Shown here piece by piece: positions 39,111 to 52,200 of a stretch of DNA of 64,000 nt; within the stretch, counting starts at the first letter, position 1, and the number at the start of each line of letters is the position of its first letter. This stretch comes from Hemiscyllium ocellatum (Eukaryota), in assembly GCF_020745735.1 (NCBI RefSeq), contig NC_083402.1, positions 8,508,004-8,572,003 of the forward strand, in the 5' to 3' direction. The position numbers were made by a program, and so were the translations under genes. The notes below the pieces were generated by a model. The model had not been told where the DNA came from and ran no database searches. It saw only the letters and a program-made list of their open reading frames with translations.

Positions 39111-41323
39111 TTCAGAGCAGAATAACTTAAAACTGAGATAAGGAGGCATTTCCTCTCTCAGTGGGTTATGAGTCTTTGGAATTCCTTAAACGTAGAGAGC
39201 TGTGGGAAGCAGGGTCCTTGTGTATGTCTAAGGCTGAGACAGATAGCTTCTTGATCAGTAAAGGAATTGAAGGTTATGGGGAAAATGCAGGAAAGTGGAT
39301 GTGAATAATGACAGGTCAGCCAGGATTGTATTGAATGGCAGAGCAGGCTCAGTCTATTCCATTCCTGTTTCTGATGGTTTTATGGTCTTAAAAGTATTTG
39401 TCCAGAACTTAGAGGGAACCAACTAGAACCGAAAAGATAGCATTGATTAGAGCTAAGAATATTAGCGTGTGTGTGTGAATTGTTTTATACATTTGATTGT
39501 TTCATCCATTGCAATGAAATGAAATAGAACTTATGGACGGGTGGTTTTGTGAGAGGTGAGGGGGTGGGTTGGTCGGGGTTGAAATGCAATAACAATGGAT
39601 GAGAACCCAAAGTAGGATGGACATTTTTAAACTTTTAATCCCCAATGTATTTCAATTTTTTAAAAGAGGACTGCAAGAAAGTTTATAGCAAATATAAATT
39701 CAGTGACTGTCCTGTGTCATGACTCACTCAGGTAATGCGCTGTAAATCAAGCCCTGCAATTCTCTGAGTGGTCACAACATGTAATGTTTTTAAAAGAAAT
39801 TTGTGAAGTCCCCAAACGACCCAATCTTCAGACTCAGTTGGATAAATATCATGGACCAGGTTTCTGCACTTCCCAAGTAATCACTATTTATCACAGGCCA
39901 TTAGATTCTAGCTACTGGCAAAAAATTAAACTAAGTGAAAGAAACACTGTAAATTACAACTGTAAATCCCAGATAAACTCCCCCTCACATACACATACAG
40001 ACAGATAGGCAATGATAAACAGGAAATAAAAAGGCATTGGCAGAGGGAAAACAGCTCCATAATCTTTGCTGGCAATTTTTTTGGGTTGGTTCTTGCTGAT
40101 CTGAAAGCTTCTCCTTGCCCTTATTTTATTCTGGATTATTTTAATGGTTTACAAGAGGCACAGGGTGGCTGGTTCACATATAAAAGATCTCTAACTTTCC
40201 CAATTCAAGGTCACAGTTTGCACTAACTGCTGAAGGAAAGATAAACTGGTTATCCTCTGATTTAAGGTGACTTATTGCAGAGAACTGACAGAGAGTTTAA
40301 TCTGGCTGCTGCAGACCTGATGGCTTCTTTCCTGAGCTGAACCAGCTTCTCTCTGTCTCACTCACAGTCCAAGCTGTTCAGTTCCCTGACAGCCAATCAT
40401 CTCGCTGTTGTCAAGCACAGCACCTTTGCCATTGATAATTGGTCCAATGGCCACAATCCAATCAGTTTCATCTGTAAACAACCGCAGTTCATCTTCACAT
40501 TGCTGAAACCTGCAGCTACACAGCCAGAGTTCACAATATATATCAAAATATAGATTGACTGATTTATTGTCACAGGTACCAAGTTATAGTGAAAAATGTT
40601 TTACGAGCTATATAGGTAGCTCATACTATACGAAATGCATCAGGGTAGCAGAACAGAATGCAGTATACAGTGTGACAGCCACAGAGACATAGATCAGCAT
40701 TAACATTTTTAAGAGTTCCATTCTAAATTCGAATAACAGCGAGGAAGAAGATATTCTTGAATCTGTTCGTGTGTGTATTCAAACTTTTATAACTTGTGCC
40801 TGACGGAAGAAGAGTGTGGAAGAGAGAATAACCAGTCTGGAAGGGGTCTATGATTATATTGGTTGCCTTCTCAAGGCAGTGGGAAGTATAGGTGGAGTCA
40901 ATGAATGGAGGGTTGGTTTCTGTGCTGAATGAGTCTCTATAGTTTTTTGTGGTGTTGGGAAGAACAGTTGCCATACCATACTGTAATGCATTCAGATAGA
41001 TTGCTTTCTATTGTGCGTCTATAGAAGTTGGTTACAGTCCTTGTGGACTGCTGAATTTCCTTTGTTTTCTGAGGAAGTTGAGACGTTGTATTGCTTTCTT
41101 GGCACGCAGCCATCCTTGTACATCCCTGGGTTTCAAATAGATCTTTCCTATGTCAGTCCACATTATTAACAAGTAAAACAATTAAAAAAAAAGCCTTTGA
41201 CCTGTGTGGGATCTGTGGAATGTTACACCTGCAGATTGTCAGGGAAACTTCAAACAAGGAGAGAAACATAACAAGAAGAGAGAATGAAGAAGGTAACTAA
41301 TTCCCTTCTCTCAGCAGAAAGCC

Positions 41324-41626
41324 GAGCGGCATGGTGACACAGTGGTTAGCACTGCTGCCTCACAGCGCTAGAGACCCGGGTTCAATTCCCGCCTCAGGCG
41401 ACTGACTGTGTGGAGTTTACACATTCTCCCCGTGTCTGCGTGGGTTTCCTCCGGGTGCTCCGGTTTCCTCCCACAGTCCAAAGATGTGCAGGTTAGGTGA
41501 ATTGGCCATGCTAAATTGCCCGTAGTGTTAGGTAAGGGGCAAATGTAGGGGTATGGGGGGGTTGCGCATCGGTGTGGACTTGTTGGGCCAAAGGGCCTGT
41601 TTCCACACTGTAAGTAATCTAATCTA
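41324..41626 (+). mobile_element. V-SINE (young)
   Basis: Box A/B-like head and (AATCT)n tail. Confidence 0.85.
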
Positions 41627-42519
41627 AAGCCACTTGCATATTGCCTTACCAAGAATACACATAAAAGACAGCTAATACTCAATTGTAACTTTGATCTGTT
41701 TGTAATAGAGAAGAAAGATGTGGGGTTCATGTGTACTAGCCTGGATTCAGGCTAGTGTGGCGTAAAGATCACAATCAAATGACCACCCACTAATCATCTC
41801 CCTGTTTCAGGTGAAGGGGATCACCCATGCTGTGTGCTGAAAATCATCTTACCAAAATTTGAGTTCGAAGGAAAAAGAACAAGAAAAGTTTGAGTTCTCG
41901 GGAGAGGGGGAATAGGCTGGAGCTTGTTTCCCGGGAGCAGCAGAGTCTGAGAGGTGACCTTACAGAATTTCATAAAATCATCAGGAACTTGGATGGGGTG
42001 AATAGCAAAAGTCTATTCCCTAAGGAAGAGGGAGTCCAAACATAGAGGACATGGGTTTAAGATGAGAGGGGAAAGATTTAAAAGGGATCTGAGGGGCAAA
42101 GTTTCTAATCAGAAGATGATGCATGTATGGAACAAGCTGCCAGAGGAAGTGGTGGACGCTTATACAATTGCAACAATTAAAAAGAATCTGGGTGGGTGTA
42201 GGAACGGTTGAGGGGGATATGGGCTAAATGCTGGCAAACGGGATTTGGTCAGATTGGGATATCTGGTTGGCACAGACAAGTTGGACTGAAGGGTCTTTTT
42301 CTGTGCTGTGTGAATCTCTGACTCTATGACTCTCTCACTCTGAGTGCTGTCAGTTAAATACCATCAACAGGAAACAGGGCTAAAAAATGTCAACTTATCT
42401 GCAAAAGCCAAGAGCCCTGAAATTAACTGTACATTTACCAGCATTCAATGAATGAACCAGGAGAATGATCTTTGGACTGTTGAGAGAGGAGGTGATGGTC
42501 AAGTAGTATTATTGAATGT

Positions 42520-43780
42520 AGAATGTGGAATGTGGAACACAGAACATTACAGCGCAGTAATGTTCGATTTTGCGGCAACCTGTGAAACCAATCTGAAACC
42601 TATCCAACCTACACTACTCCATCTTTATCCATATACCTATCCAATGACCATTTAAATACCCTTCAAGTTGGTGAGTCTACGAATATTGCAGGCAGGGCAT
42701 TCCACACCCCTACTATTTTCTGAGTAAAGAAACTACTCTAACATCTGACCTATATCTATCTCCCCTCAATTTAAAACTATGTCCCCTCATGCTAGCCTTC
42801 GCCATCCAAGGAAAAAGGCTCTCGCAGTCCACCCTATCTAATCCTCTGATTATCTTACATTCCTCAATTAAGTCACCTCTCAACCTTCTTCTATCTAAAG
42901 AAAACAGCCTTAAGTCCCTCAGCCTGCCCTCATAAGACCTTCTCTCCATACCAAGCAACATCCTAGTAAATCTCCTCTGAACTCTTTCCAAAGCTACCAC
43001 ATCCTTCCTATAATGTGGTGACCAGAACTGCACACAATACTCCAAGTGCAACCATACCAGAGTTTTGTACAGCTGTAACATGACCTCATGGCTTTGAAAC
43101 TCAATCTGTCTATCAGTAAAAGCCAAAATTCCATCTGCCTTCTTAACAACCCTATCAATCTGGGTGGCAACTTTCAGGGATCTATGTATATGGACACCGA
43201 GATGTCTCTGCTCATCTACACTACCAAGAATCTTACCATTAGTTCAATATTCTGTATTCCTGTTGCTCCTTCCAAAGTGAATCACCTCACACTTTTCTGC
43301 ATTAAATTCCATTTGCCACCTCTCAGCCCAGCTCTGCAGCTTATCTATATTCTCCTGTAACCTGCAACATCCGTAGGCACTATCCACAACTCCACCGACC
43401 TTAGCCTCATCTGCAAATTTACTAACCCATCCTTCTCTGCCTTCATCCAGGTCACTTATAAAAATGACAAACAGCAGTGGCCCCAAAACAGATCCCTGCG
43501 GTACACCACCAGTAACTGAACTCCAAGATGAACATCTCTCATCAACCACCCACGCTGTCTTCTTTCAGCTGGCCAATTTCTGATCCAAGCTGCCAAATCC
43601 CCAATCCCATGCCTCCTACAATAGCCTACCGTGGGGAACCTTATCAAACGCCTTACTGAAATCCATATACACCACATCAACCGCTTTACCCTCATCCACC
43701 TGTTTGGTCACCTTTTCAAAGAACACACGACCTACCCTTCACAAAACTGTGTTTACTATCCCTAATCAACTTATTTCTCA
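42520..43780 (-). mobile_element. CR1 LINE ORF2 3' remnant
   Basis: ORFs 42713-43126, 43244-43549 and 43456-43695. Confidence 0.88.
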
Positions 43781-44294
43781 AATATTAATCCAGAAACTCG
43801 GGTTGAAATCCTGTCATGGTGGAAGTTGAATTCAATTTCAATTAACAAATTACTGATGACAATGAAACCATTATTATGTTTCAGAAAAACCCACCTGGCT
43901 CATTAATATCCTTTAGGGAAGGAAATCTGCCATTCTTATATGGTCAGCCCTACGTGTGACTCTAGATCCACAGCAATGTAGCTTTCAACTGCCCATTTGA
44001 ATAGCTCAGTTCACGGGCAGCTAAGGCCAAACAATAAACGCTGGCCATGTCCCATTAGTAAATAAAAACAAACCTTCATTTAGTCTCATTTCTTATTCAT
44101 AAACTGTATGCTATGTTATTAATTCTTTTCACATTTAATAACTAATAAATTAATCCTTTTATTAACTCAAGAAAGCCCTTGTCAAATGATTCCTTTTAAG
44201 ACGCATCTCTACAAGATGCAATGCAGTAATCTAGCAAGGTTCCTCCAAAAGCACATTAAAATAAAAGATGTGATGAAGGTCGTGATTTGGATAT

Positions 44295-46032
44295 TAGATT
44301 AGATTCCACACAGCGGAGAAACAGGCCCTTCGGCCCAACAAGTCCACACCGACCCTCCGAAGAGCAACCCACCCAGACTCATTCCCCTACCCTGTATTTA
44401 CCCCTGACTAATCCACCTAACATGTGGGCAATTTAGCACGGCCAATCCACCTAACCTGCACATGTTTGGACTGTGGGAGGAAACCGGAGCACCTGGAGGA
44501 AACCCGCACAAACACAGGGAGAATGTGCAAAATCCACACAGACAGTTGCCCAAGACTGGAATCGAACCCGGGTCCCTGGCGTTGTGAGGCAGCAGTGCTA
44601 TCCACTGAGCCATCGTACTGCCCCTGGTGTTGGACTGGCGTGTACAAAGTTAAAAATCACACAACACCAGGTTATAGTCCAACAGATTTAATTGAAGCTC
44701 TAGCTTTTGTCTCTTTAATCATGCAATATATCATGAAGGACTGAGAAGGAAACCTGGGTGAATCTGATGATAAATCAGGAATAAGACGGAATAAAGTAAA
44801 ACAAAATGATTAAATGAGGAGAAAGACAGAGAAACAGCCAGAAATTAGTCACAACAATATTTACAATTATTACAATCAGCAAATTATATAAGCCTTGCAG
44901 TGTGGAAACAGGCTAGTCAGTCCAGTCATTCCACACTGACCTTCCAAAGGACATCCCATCCAGACCCACTCTTTACCCTAACCCTGTAACCTTGCATTCC
45001 CCAAGGTTAATCCACCTAACCTGCACATCCTTGGACTGTGGAAGGAAACCAGAGCACCCAGAGGAAACCCACACAGACACAGGGAGATTGTGCAAACTCC
45101 ACTCAGACAGTCACCCGAGGCTGGAATCGAACCGCGGTGCCCTGAAGCTGTGAGGTAGCAATGCTCACCACTGACCTATCATCCAATTAAAATCTGAACA
45201 AATGAATCTTCGCAGTTGTGCAAAGACTGAGTCCTTTTGTGATTTTTTTTAATTCTTGGTGGAAATGGGGAAGAACTATTTTACAACCAATATTTTAACA
45301 AATTGCTGCATATTTCGAAAACCAAGTAACCTGGCATTTATGGTAAGTATTGTGCAAATAGCTGTCTGAACAAACAGGAGTTGAAGTGGTTGCAAATGAA
45401 ATGATAGCAACTGAGTGTACAAATGTACCCATTGTGACAAAAATCTTTTGCCTGTCAACAACTATGTGTTTGATTCTCAGGTAACTGGACCACCTTGGGC
45501 TGGAAACAAGGTACAGAAAAAACTGTTTTGATCTTCACCAGCTCAGGAACTGTTTCGCTATTCTCTGCAGCCAAAATCTACTTTTAACCTGAAGAAAACT
45601 AATTTGTTTTCCCTTCAGAAATCATTGTAAGCTGTGACTTTTAACGATAAGTCAGAGACCTTTCATAAGTGAACCTGCCACCTTGGATCTCTTACAAACC
45701 AGTAAAAACATCTGAAGAAAGATGACAAGAAAGCAACATACTGACCGGCATAGGAATATAAAGATCATCTTAACAACCCAAGAATAGATTAGATTACTTA
45801 CAGTGTGGAAACAGGCCCTTCGGCCCAGCAAGTCCACACCGACCCGCTGAAGTGCAACCCAACCATACCCCTACATTTACCCCTTACCTAACACTACGGG
45901 CAATTTAGCATGGCCAATTCACCTGACCCGCACATCTTTGGACTGTGGGAGGAAACCGGAGCACCCGGAGGAAACCCACGCAGACACGAGGAGAACGTGC
46001 AAACTCCACACAGTCAGTCGCCTGAGTCGGGA
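44295..46032 (-). mobile_element. Three V-SINE copies (about 44295-44620, 44890-45175, 45785-46032) separated by other sequence
   Basis: Similarity to other copies. The last copy is 5'-truncated. Confidence 0.75.
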
Positions 46033-46769
46033 ATCACTAAAATGCCTTCCAAGTTTTTCTTTACTAATTCATCCCTAACTGTTGATCTGTCTATGTGTTT
46101 CATGTACCTGCTCCTCGGATGCTACCTGACCTGCTGTGCTTTTCCAGCACCACACTAATTTAGACTCTGATTTCCAGCATCTGTAGTCTTCACTTTTGCC
46201 TTCCAGTTTTATCATGTAGTGGTGTATGCCGATTATTTATCTGTTGCTAATATCTAATTACTTGCAATAATTAGTAACTCTTTGTTCAGTTCATAAGGCT
46301 GGTCAGTGCTTTCTGTCAACAAGGTCTGAAAATCAGGAAAATTGGGGAATTTTGGTCCTTATTTTAAAATCCTTAACTTTTGTGACAACGCCAGGAATAG
46401 TGTGGCTTGATTTCCCGCACATTACCCTGGTGAAGGGTGACAATTGTAACAGTTACTTGCCACTGGTTGACTGTCAGTAACCAATACTCATCAGATTGAC
46501 AAAAGGGCATTGAGTCTGAAATATACACAATGTAACTTACTGTGCTGAGTTCAGTTTGTAACTACTGTTATGAAGTTGTGGGTGTATTGTATCTTTAAGG
46601 GTGATGAAATTTCTGGATAGCAGTGTTCTGAACAAGTTAACAATGTAACACTTGGTCAAACAACTAGCTAAGAGCAGTGTTGCCTGGATACACAAACAAA
46701 TTAAAATTCGGCCAACCAGTTTAAACTATGCCCCAAGATTGCACTGTGAGTCTGACTTTGGTGATGATT

Positions 46770-48000
46770 AAGTTGTAGGAAGTACTTGGTCTCTGGCACT
46801 GAGCCTGGCTCTGTGGCTCAGAGGGGAAGTGGAGAGGATAGAAAACCATTCATTGTAGGAGACTCAACAGGTAGAGGAAAGGACAGGAGATTCTGTGGTT
46901 GTGAACGGAACTCCCGGACGGCATGCTGCCTCCCAGCAGCCAGGGTCCAGGATGTCTCTGATTGCATCTACAAGATTCGAAAGGGGGAGGGGGAGCAGCC
47001 AGAAATCGTGGTGCACATTGGCACCAATGACATAGCTAGGAAAAGGGATCTGGACCTAAAAGCTGATTTCAGGGAGTTAGTTTGGAAGCCATAAACAAGT
47101 CTAGCACAATAGTAATCTCAGGATTACTATTAGTACCACGTGCTAGTGAGACAAGGAACAGGGAGCGAGTGCAGCTAAATATGTGGCTACAGGGTTGGTG
47201 CAGGAGGGAGGGCTTCAGATACGTAGATCATTGGGGTACCTTCTGGGAAAGGTAGGACCTGTATTTAAAGGATGATTTGCACTTAAACTGGAGGGGCACC
47301 AATGTCCTGGGCAGGAGATTTGCTGGAACATTTTGGGACAGTTTAAACTAGTTTGGCAGGAGTGTCAGGAATAAGAGTGATGAACTTAGAGTGTAGATTA
47401 GTATTTGGAACTACGATGTTGTGGCCACAATGGAGACATGGATTTCACAGGAGCAGGAATGGTAGCTGGATGTTCCAGGTTTAAATCTTTTACAAAGAAC
47501 AGGGAGGGGTCAGGGTAAAGGAGGAGGGGGAGTAGCATTGCTAATGAGAGAGTGCACCACAGCTTCAGAAAAGGAGGTTGTTGAGGAGGGTTTGTCTATT
47601 GAGTCAGTATGGGTAGAAGTCAGTAACAGGAAAAGAGCAGTCATTTTTTTGGGTGTTTTCTATAGATCCCCCAATAACAGCAGAGAGATGGAAGAACAGA
47701 TTGCACAGCAGATCTTGGAAAGGTGCAGGTGTTATGGGCAACTTTGACTTCTCCAATATGCAGTGGGGGTGGATGGTTTGTCAGGTGTGTCCAAGAAGGA
47801 TTCCTGACTCAATATGTAGATAGGCTGACTGGGAGAAGTGGGGAGGAGGCCATATTGTATTAGGTGCTAGGCAATGAGCAGGTGTCAGATCTCTCGGTGG
47901 GAAAACATTTTGGTGACAGTGACCACAATTGCCTCACCTTTACAATAGCCATGGAGAAGGAGAGGAACAGACAGTATGGGAAGGTGTTTCGTTGGGGATG
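46770..48000 (+). mobile_element. CR1 LINE 5' region: SGNH/GDSL esterase domain and decayed AP endonuclease
   Basis: IVGDS..CCLPAARVQDV..VVHIGTND (ORF 46786-47094). Downstream ETWI, ESVWVEV and GVFYRSP motifs. Confidence 0.8.
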
Positions 48001-48129
48001 GGAAAATTATACTGCTATTAAACATTTAGGTAAGGTAGGTTGAAATATTTTCATTTGGGAGTACGGGTTGAGATGGACTGGTTGGACCGAAGCATCTATT
48101 TCCATGCTATATGATTGCATGACTCTCTG

Positions 48130-48930
48130 ACTCTGTGACTCCATCTGGATAACAGCCAGGCTTGGGCTGGCAAGTAGCAAGTAACAATTGTGCAATGCTA
48201 TAACCATCAACAATAAGAGATCATCTAGCCACTGCCTGTTGACATTTAATAGTGTTACTCACACCAAATCCCCACTATCAACATCCCGAGAGCTTATCAC
48301 TGACCAGAAACTCAACTGGACTCACCACAAAAGCATGACAGCTACAAGAGCAAGTAAGAGGCTAGGAATACTGTGGCAAGTAACTCACCTGCTGACTCAT
48401 CAAAGCCTGTCCACCACCTACAAGGCACAAGTCAGGAGTGTGATGGAAGACTCTTCACTGGCCTGGATGGGTGCCGCTCTAATAACACTGATACCAATGA
48501 GGATAAAGCAGCCCACTTGATTAGCACCACATCCACAAGCATCCACTCTCTCCATCACTGATGCTCAGAAGCAGCATTCTACACCATCTACAAGATGCAC
48601 TGCAGAAATTCACCAAGGCCCCTGAGGCAGAACCTTCCAAACCCACGACCACTTCCATCCAGAAGGACAAGGGCAGCAGATACATGGGCACACTATCACC
48701 TTCATGTCCCTTCCAAGCCTCTCGCCCCCCTAACTTGGAAATATATCGCCATACCTTCACTGTCACTGTGTCAAAATCCTGGAATTTCCTCCCTAAGAGC
48801 ATTGTGGGTCAACCCACAGCAGGTGGACTGCAGCGGATCAAGAAGGCAGCTCACCCCCACTTTCACAAGGGCAACTAGGGATAGGCAATAAATGCTGGTC
48901 AACCAGAAATCCCCACATCCCACAAAGGAA
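48130..48930 (+). mobile_element. L2/CR1-group LINE 3' end
   Basis: DQKLNWT..RLGIL..STTYKAQVRSVME..LAW. The 3' tail matches the Deu-type SINE tails. Related minus copies at about 58150-58560 and 60410-60970. Confidence 0.65.
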
Positions 48931-49269
48931 TTTTAAAAATACCCATTCTGAAGTAGAAGGCCTTTGATAAGGTGTTGCACAGGAGGCTGCTGGGTAAGAT
49001 TAGGGCCCGTGATGTTAGAGGCAAGGTACTAGTATGGGTAGAAGATTGGCTGTCTGGCAGAAGGCAGAGAGTGGGAATAAAAGGCTCCTTCTCAGGATGG
49101 CAGCCGGTGACTCGTGGTGTTCCACAAGGGTCGGTGTTGGGTCAACAGCTTTTCACTTTATACATTAATGATTTGGATGAAGGAATTGACGGTATTCTGG
49201 CTACATTTGCAGATTAAACAGAGATAGGGGCAGGAAGTACTGACAAGGTAGGGAGGCTGCAGAAGGATT

Positions 49270-52200
49270 TAGGTAAAAACAATGATTGCAGATGCTGGAA
49301 AACAGATTCTGGATTAGTGGTGCTGGAAGAGCACAGCAGTTCAGGCAACATCCGAGGAGCAGTAAAATCGATGTTTCGGGCAAAAGCCCTTCATCAGGGA
49401 TACAGGCAGAGAGCCTGAAGCATGGAGAGATAAGTGAGAGGAGGGTGGGGGTGGGGAGAGAGTAGCATAGAGTACAATAGGTGAGTGGGGGAGGGGATGA
49501 AGGTGATAGGTCGGGGGGGAGGGTGGAGTGGATAGGTGGAAAAGAAGATAGGCAGGTAGGACAGGTCATGGGGACAGTGCTGAGCTGGAAGTTTGGAACT
49601 GGGGTGAGGTGGGGGAAGGGGAAATGAGGACACTGTTGAAGTCCACATTGATGCCCTGGGGTTGAAGTGTTCCGAGGCAGAAGATGAGGCGTTCTTCCTC
49701 CAGGTGTCTGGTGGTGAGGGAGCGGCGGTGAAGGAGGCCTAGGACTTCCATGTCCTCGGCAGAGTGGGAGGGGGAGTTGAAATGTTGGGCCACAGAGTGG
49801 TGTGGTTGATTGGTGCAGGTGTCCCAGAGATGTTCCCTAAAGCGCTCTGCTCAGAGGCGTTCAGTCTCCCCAATGTAGAGGAGACCACATCGGGAGCAAC
49901 AGATACAATAAATGATATTAGTGGATGTGCAGGTAAAACTTTGATGGATGTGGAAGGCTCCTTTAGGGCCTTGGATGGAGCTGAGGGAGGAGGTGTGGGC
50001 GCAGGTTTTGCAATTCTTGCGGTGGCAGGGGAAGGTGCCAGGATGGGAGGGTGGGTTGTAGGGGGGCGTGGACCTGACCAGGTCGTCACAGAGGGATGGT
50101 CTTTGTCGAAGGCGGAGGTAGAGGAATTGGGAATACGGGATGGCATTTTTGCAGGAGGTGGGTGGGAAGATGCGTAATCCAGGTAGCTGTGGGAGTCGAA
50201 AATGTGTTGCTGGAAAAGCGCAGCAGGTCAGGCAGCATCCAAGGAACAGGAGCTTCGACATTTCGGGCATAAGCCCTTCTTCAGGAGTTGGTGGGTTTGT
50301 AAAAATGTCGGAATCAAGTCGGTCATCATTAATGGCGATGCAGAGGTCTAGGAAGGGGTGGGAGGTGTCAGAGATGGTCCAGGTAAATTTAAGGTCAGGG
50401 TGGAATGTGTTGGTGAAGTTAATGAATTGACCAACCTCCTCACGAGAGCACAAGGTGGCGCCAATGAAGTCATCAATGTAGCGGAGGAAGAGTGGGGAGT
50501 GGTGCCCATTTAATTAGGGAAGATCAACTGTTCTATGTAGCCAACAAAGAGACAGGCATAGCTGGGGCCCATACGGTGCCCATGGCTACCCCTTTGGTCT
50601 GGAGGAAGTGGGAGGATTCGAAGGAGAAATTGTTAAGGGTGAGGACCTGTTCAGCCAAACGAATGAGAGTGTCGGTGGAAGGGTACTGTTGGGGACGTCG
50701 GGAGAGAAAGAAACGGAGGGCTTGGAGGCCCTGGTCATGGCGGATGGAGGTGTAGAGGGATTGGATATCCATGGTGAAGATGGGGTGTTGGGGGCTGGGG
50801 AAACGGAAGTCTTGGAGGAGGTGGAGGGCGTGGGTGGTATGTGGGGAGTTCCTGGACGAGGGGGGATAGGACAGTGTCGAGGTCGGTAGACATGAGTTCA
50901 GTGGGGCAGGAGCATGCTGAGGCAATGGGTCGGCCAGGGTGGTCAGACTTGTGGATCTTGGGAAGGAGGTAGAACCGGGCAGTACGGGGTTCCCAGACTA
51001 TGAGGTTAGAAGCTGTGGGTGGGAGATCTCCTGAGGTGATGAGGTTCTGTATGGTCTGTGAGATGATGGTTTGGTGATGGGGGGTGGGGTCATGGTCGAG
51101 GGGGCAGTAGGAAGATGTGTCCTCGAGTTGGCATTTGGCTTCAGCGGTGTAGAGGTCAGTGCGCCAGACTACTACAGCGCCCTCTTTATCTGCTGGCATG
51201 ATGGTGAGGTCAGGATTGGAGCAGAGGGATTGGAAAGCTGCGCGTTGTGAGGGTGAGAGGTTAGAGTGGGGGAGGGGCGTAGACAGGTTGGGGCGGTTAA
51301 TCTCCCAGCGGCAGTTGGAAATGAAGAGGTCGAGGGCGGGTAATTGGCCAGTGCAGGGTGTCCAGGTGGAAGCAGTGTGTTGGAGGTGGGCGAAGGGGTC
51401 CTCGGAAGGTGGGTGGGAGTCCTGATTATGAAAATAAGCTCGGAGGCGGAGGCGGCGGAAGAAGTGTTCGATGTCATAGCGTGTAATAAATTCATTGATG
51501 CGTGGACGGAGTGGGATGAAGGTGAGAGTCCTTTGCTGAGGACTGATCGTTCATCCTCAGTGAGGGGAAGGTCTGGAGGGATAGTGAAAACTTGGCAGCG
51601 CTGGGAGCTGGGATCTCGTGTGGGTGTGGAGCCGGTAACTGGAGTGGGTGTGATGGTGGGTGGAATGCAGCTGGAGTCATGAGCAGGGGTGGTGTTCCCC
51701 TGAGGGTTCTGGGGTTGGGGGGGGATGGTGACAGTGGGGTCTGTGGGGGGGACGTGTCAGCAGAATACAGGTGAGTGGCGTTGGTGTGGGTGGTAGTGGT
51801 GGCAAACATGGCAGTAGTGGGAGGCGGAAGTCACTAAGCGTGTGACATCAACGATGACGTGAGGGGTGGAAGTGATGTCACGTGTGGTGCATGAGGAATT
51901 GTGAGGGTGAAGTGGCTGTGGGAGTGGCCATGATGGGGGTGGAAGTGACATCATCAATCAGCGTGGGGGTGGCAACTGAACCAGCCACATGGCTAATGGC
52001 ATTCGAGCAATTCCAGAGGCCAGGGGAATCTACTGGAATGTTTGAGGAGCGCTGATTATGGAGGTGGGTAGATAAAAGATTGTTGTACTTACAGTTTTTG
52101 ATGTTTGAGATGGAGTTGAAATACTGTTTGTTGAGAGTATGAATTCTCCTGAGGATGTAGTACAGAGTGGGTACTTTGCAATTCTGAGAGAATGTGGCCC

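Noticed and set aside
41650-41730. ATG-initiated hydrophobic stretch MNPTSFF..LLCVFL with donor GTAAGG
   Set aside because: The donor is phase 0, which does not fit V1 (phase 1), and the signal-peptide character is weak.
46786-47094. SGNH/GDSL esterase-like ORF as a host or horizontally acquired gene
   Set aside because: It is a known domain of CR1 elements, contiguous with CR1 endonuclease remnants, and disrupted.
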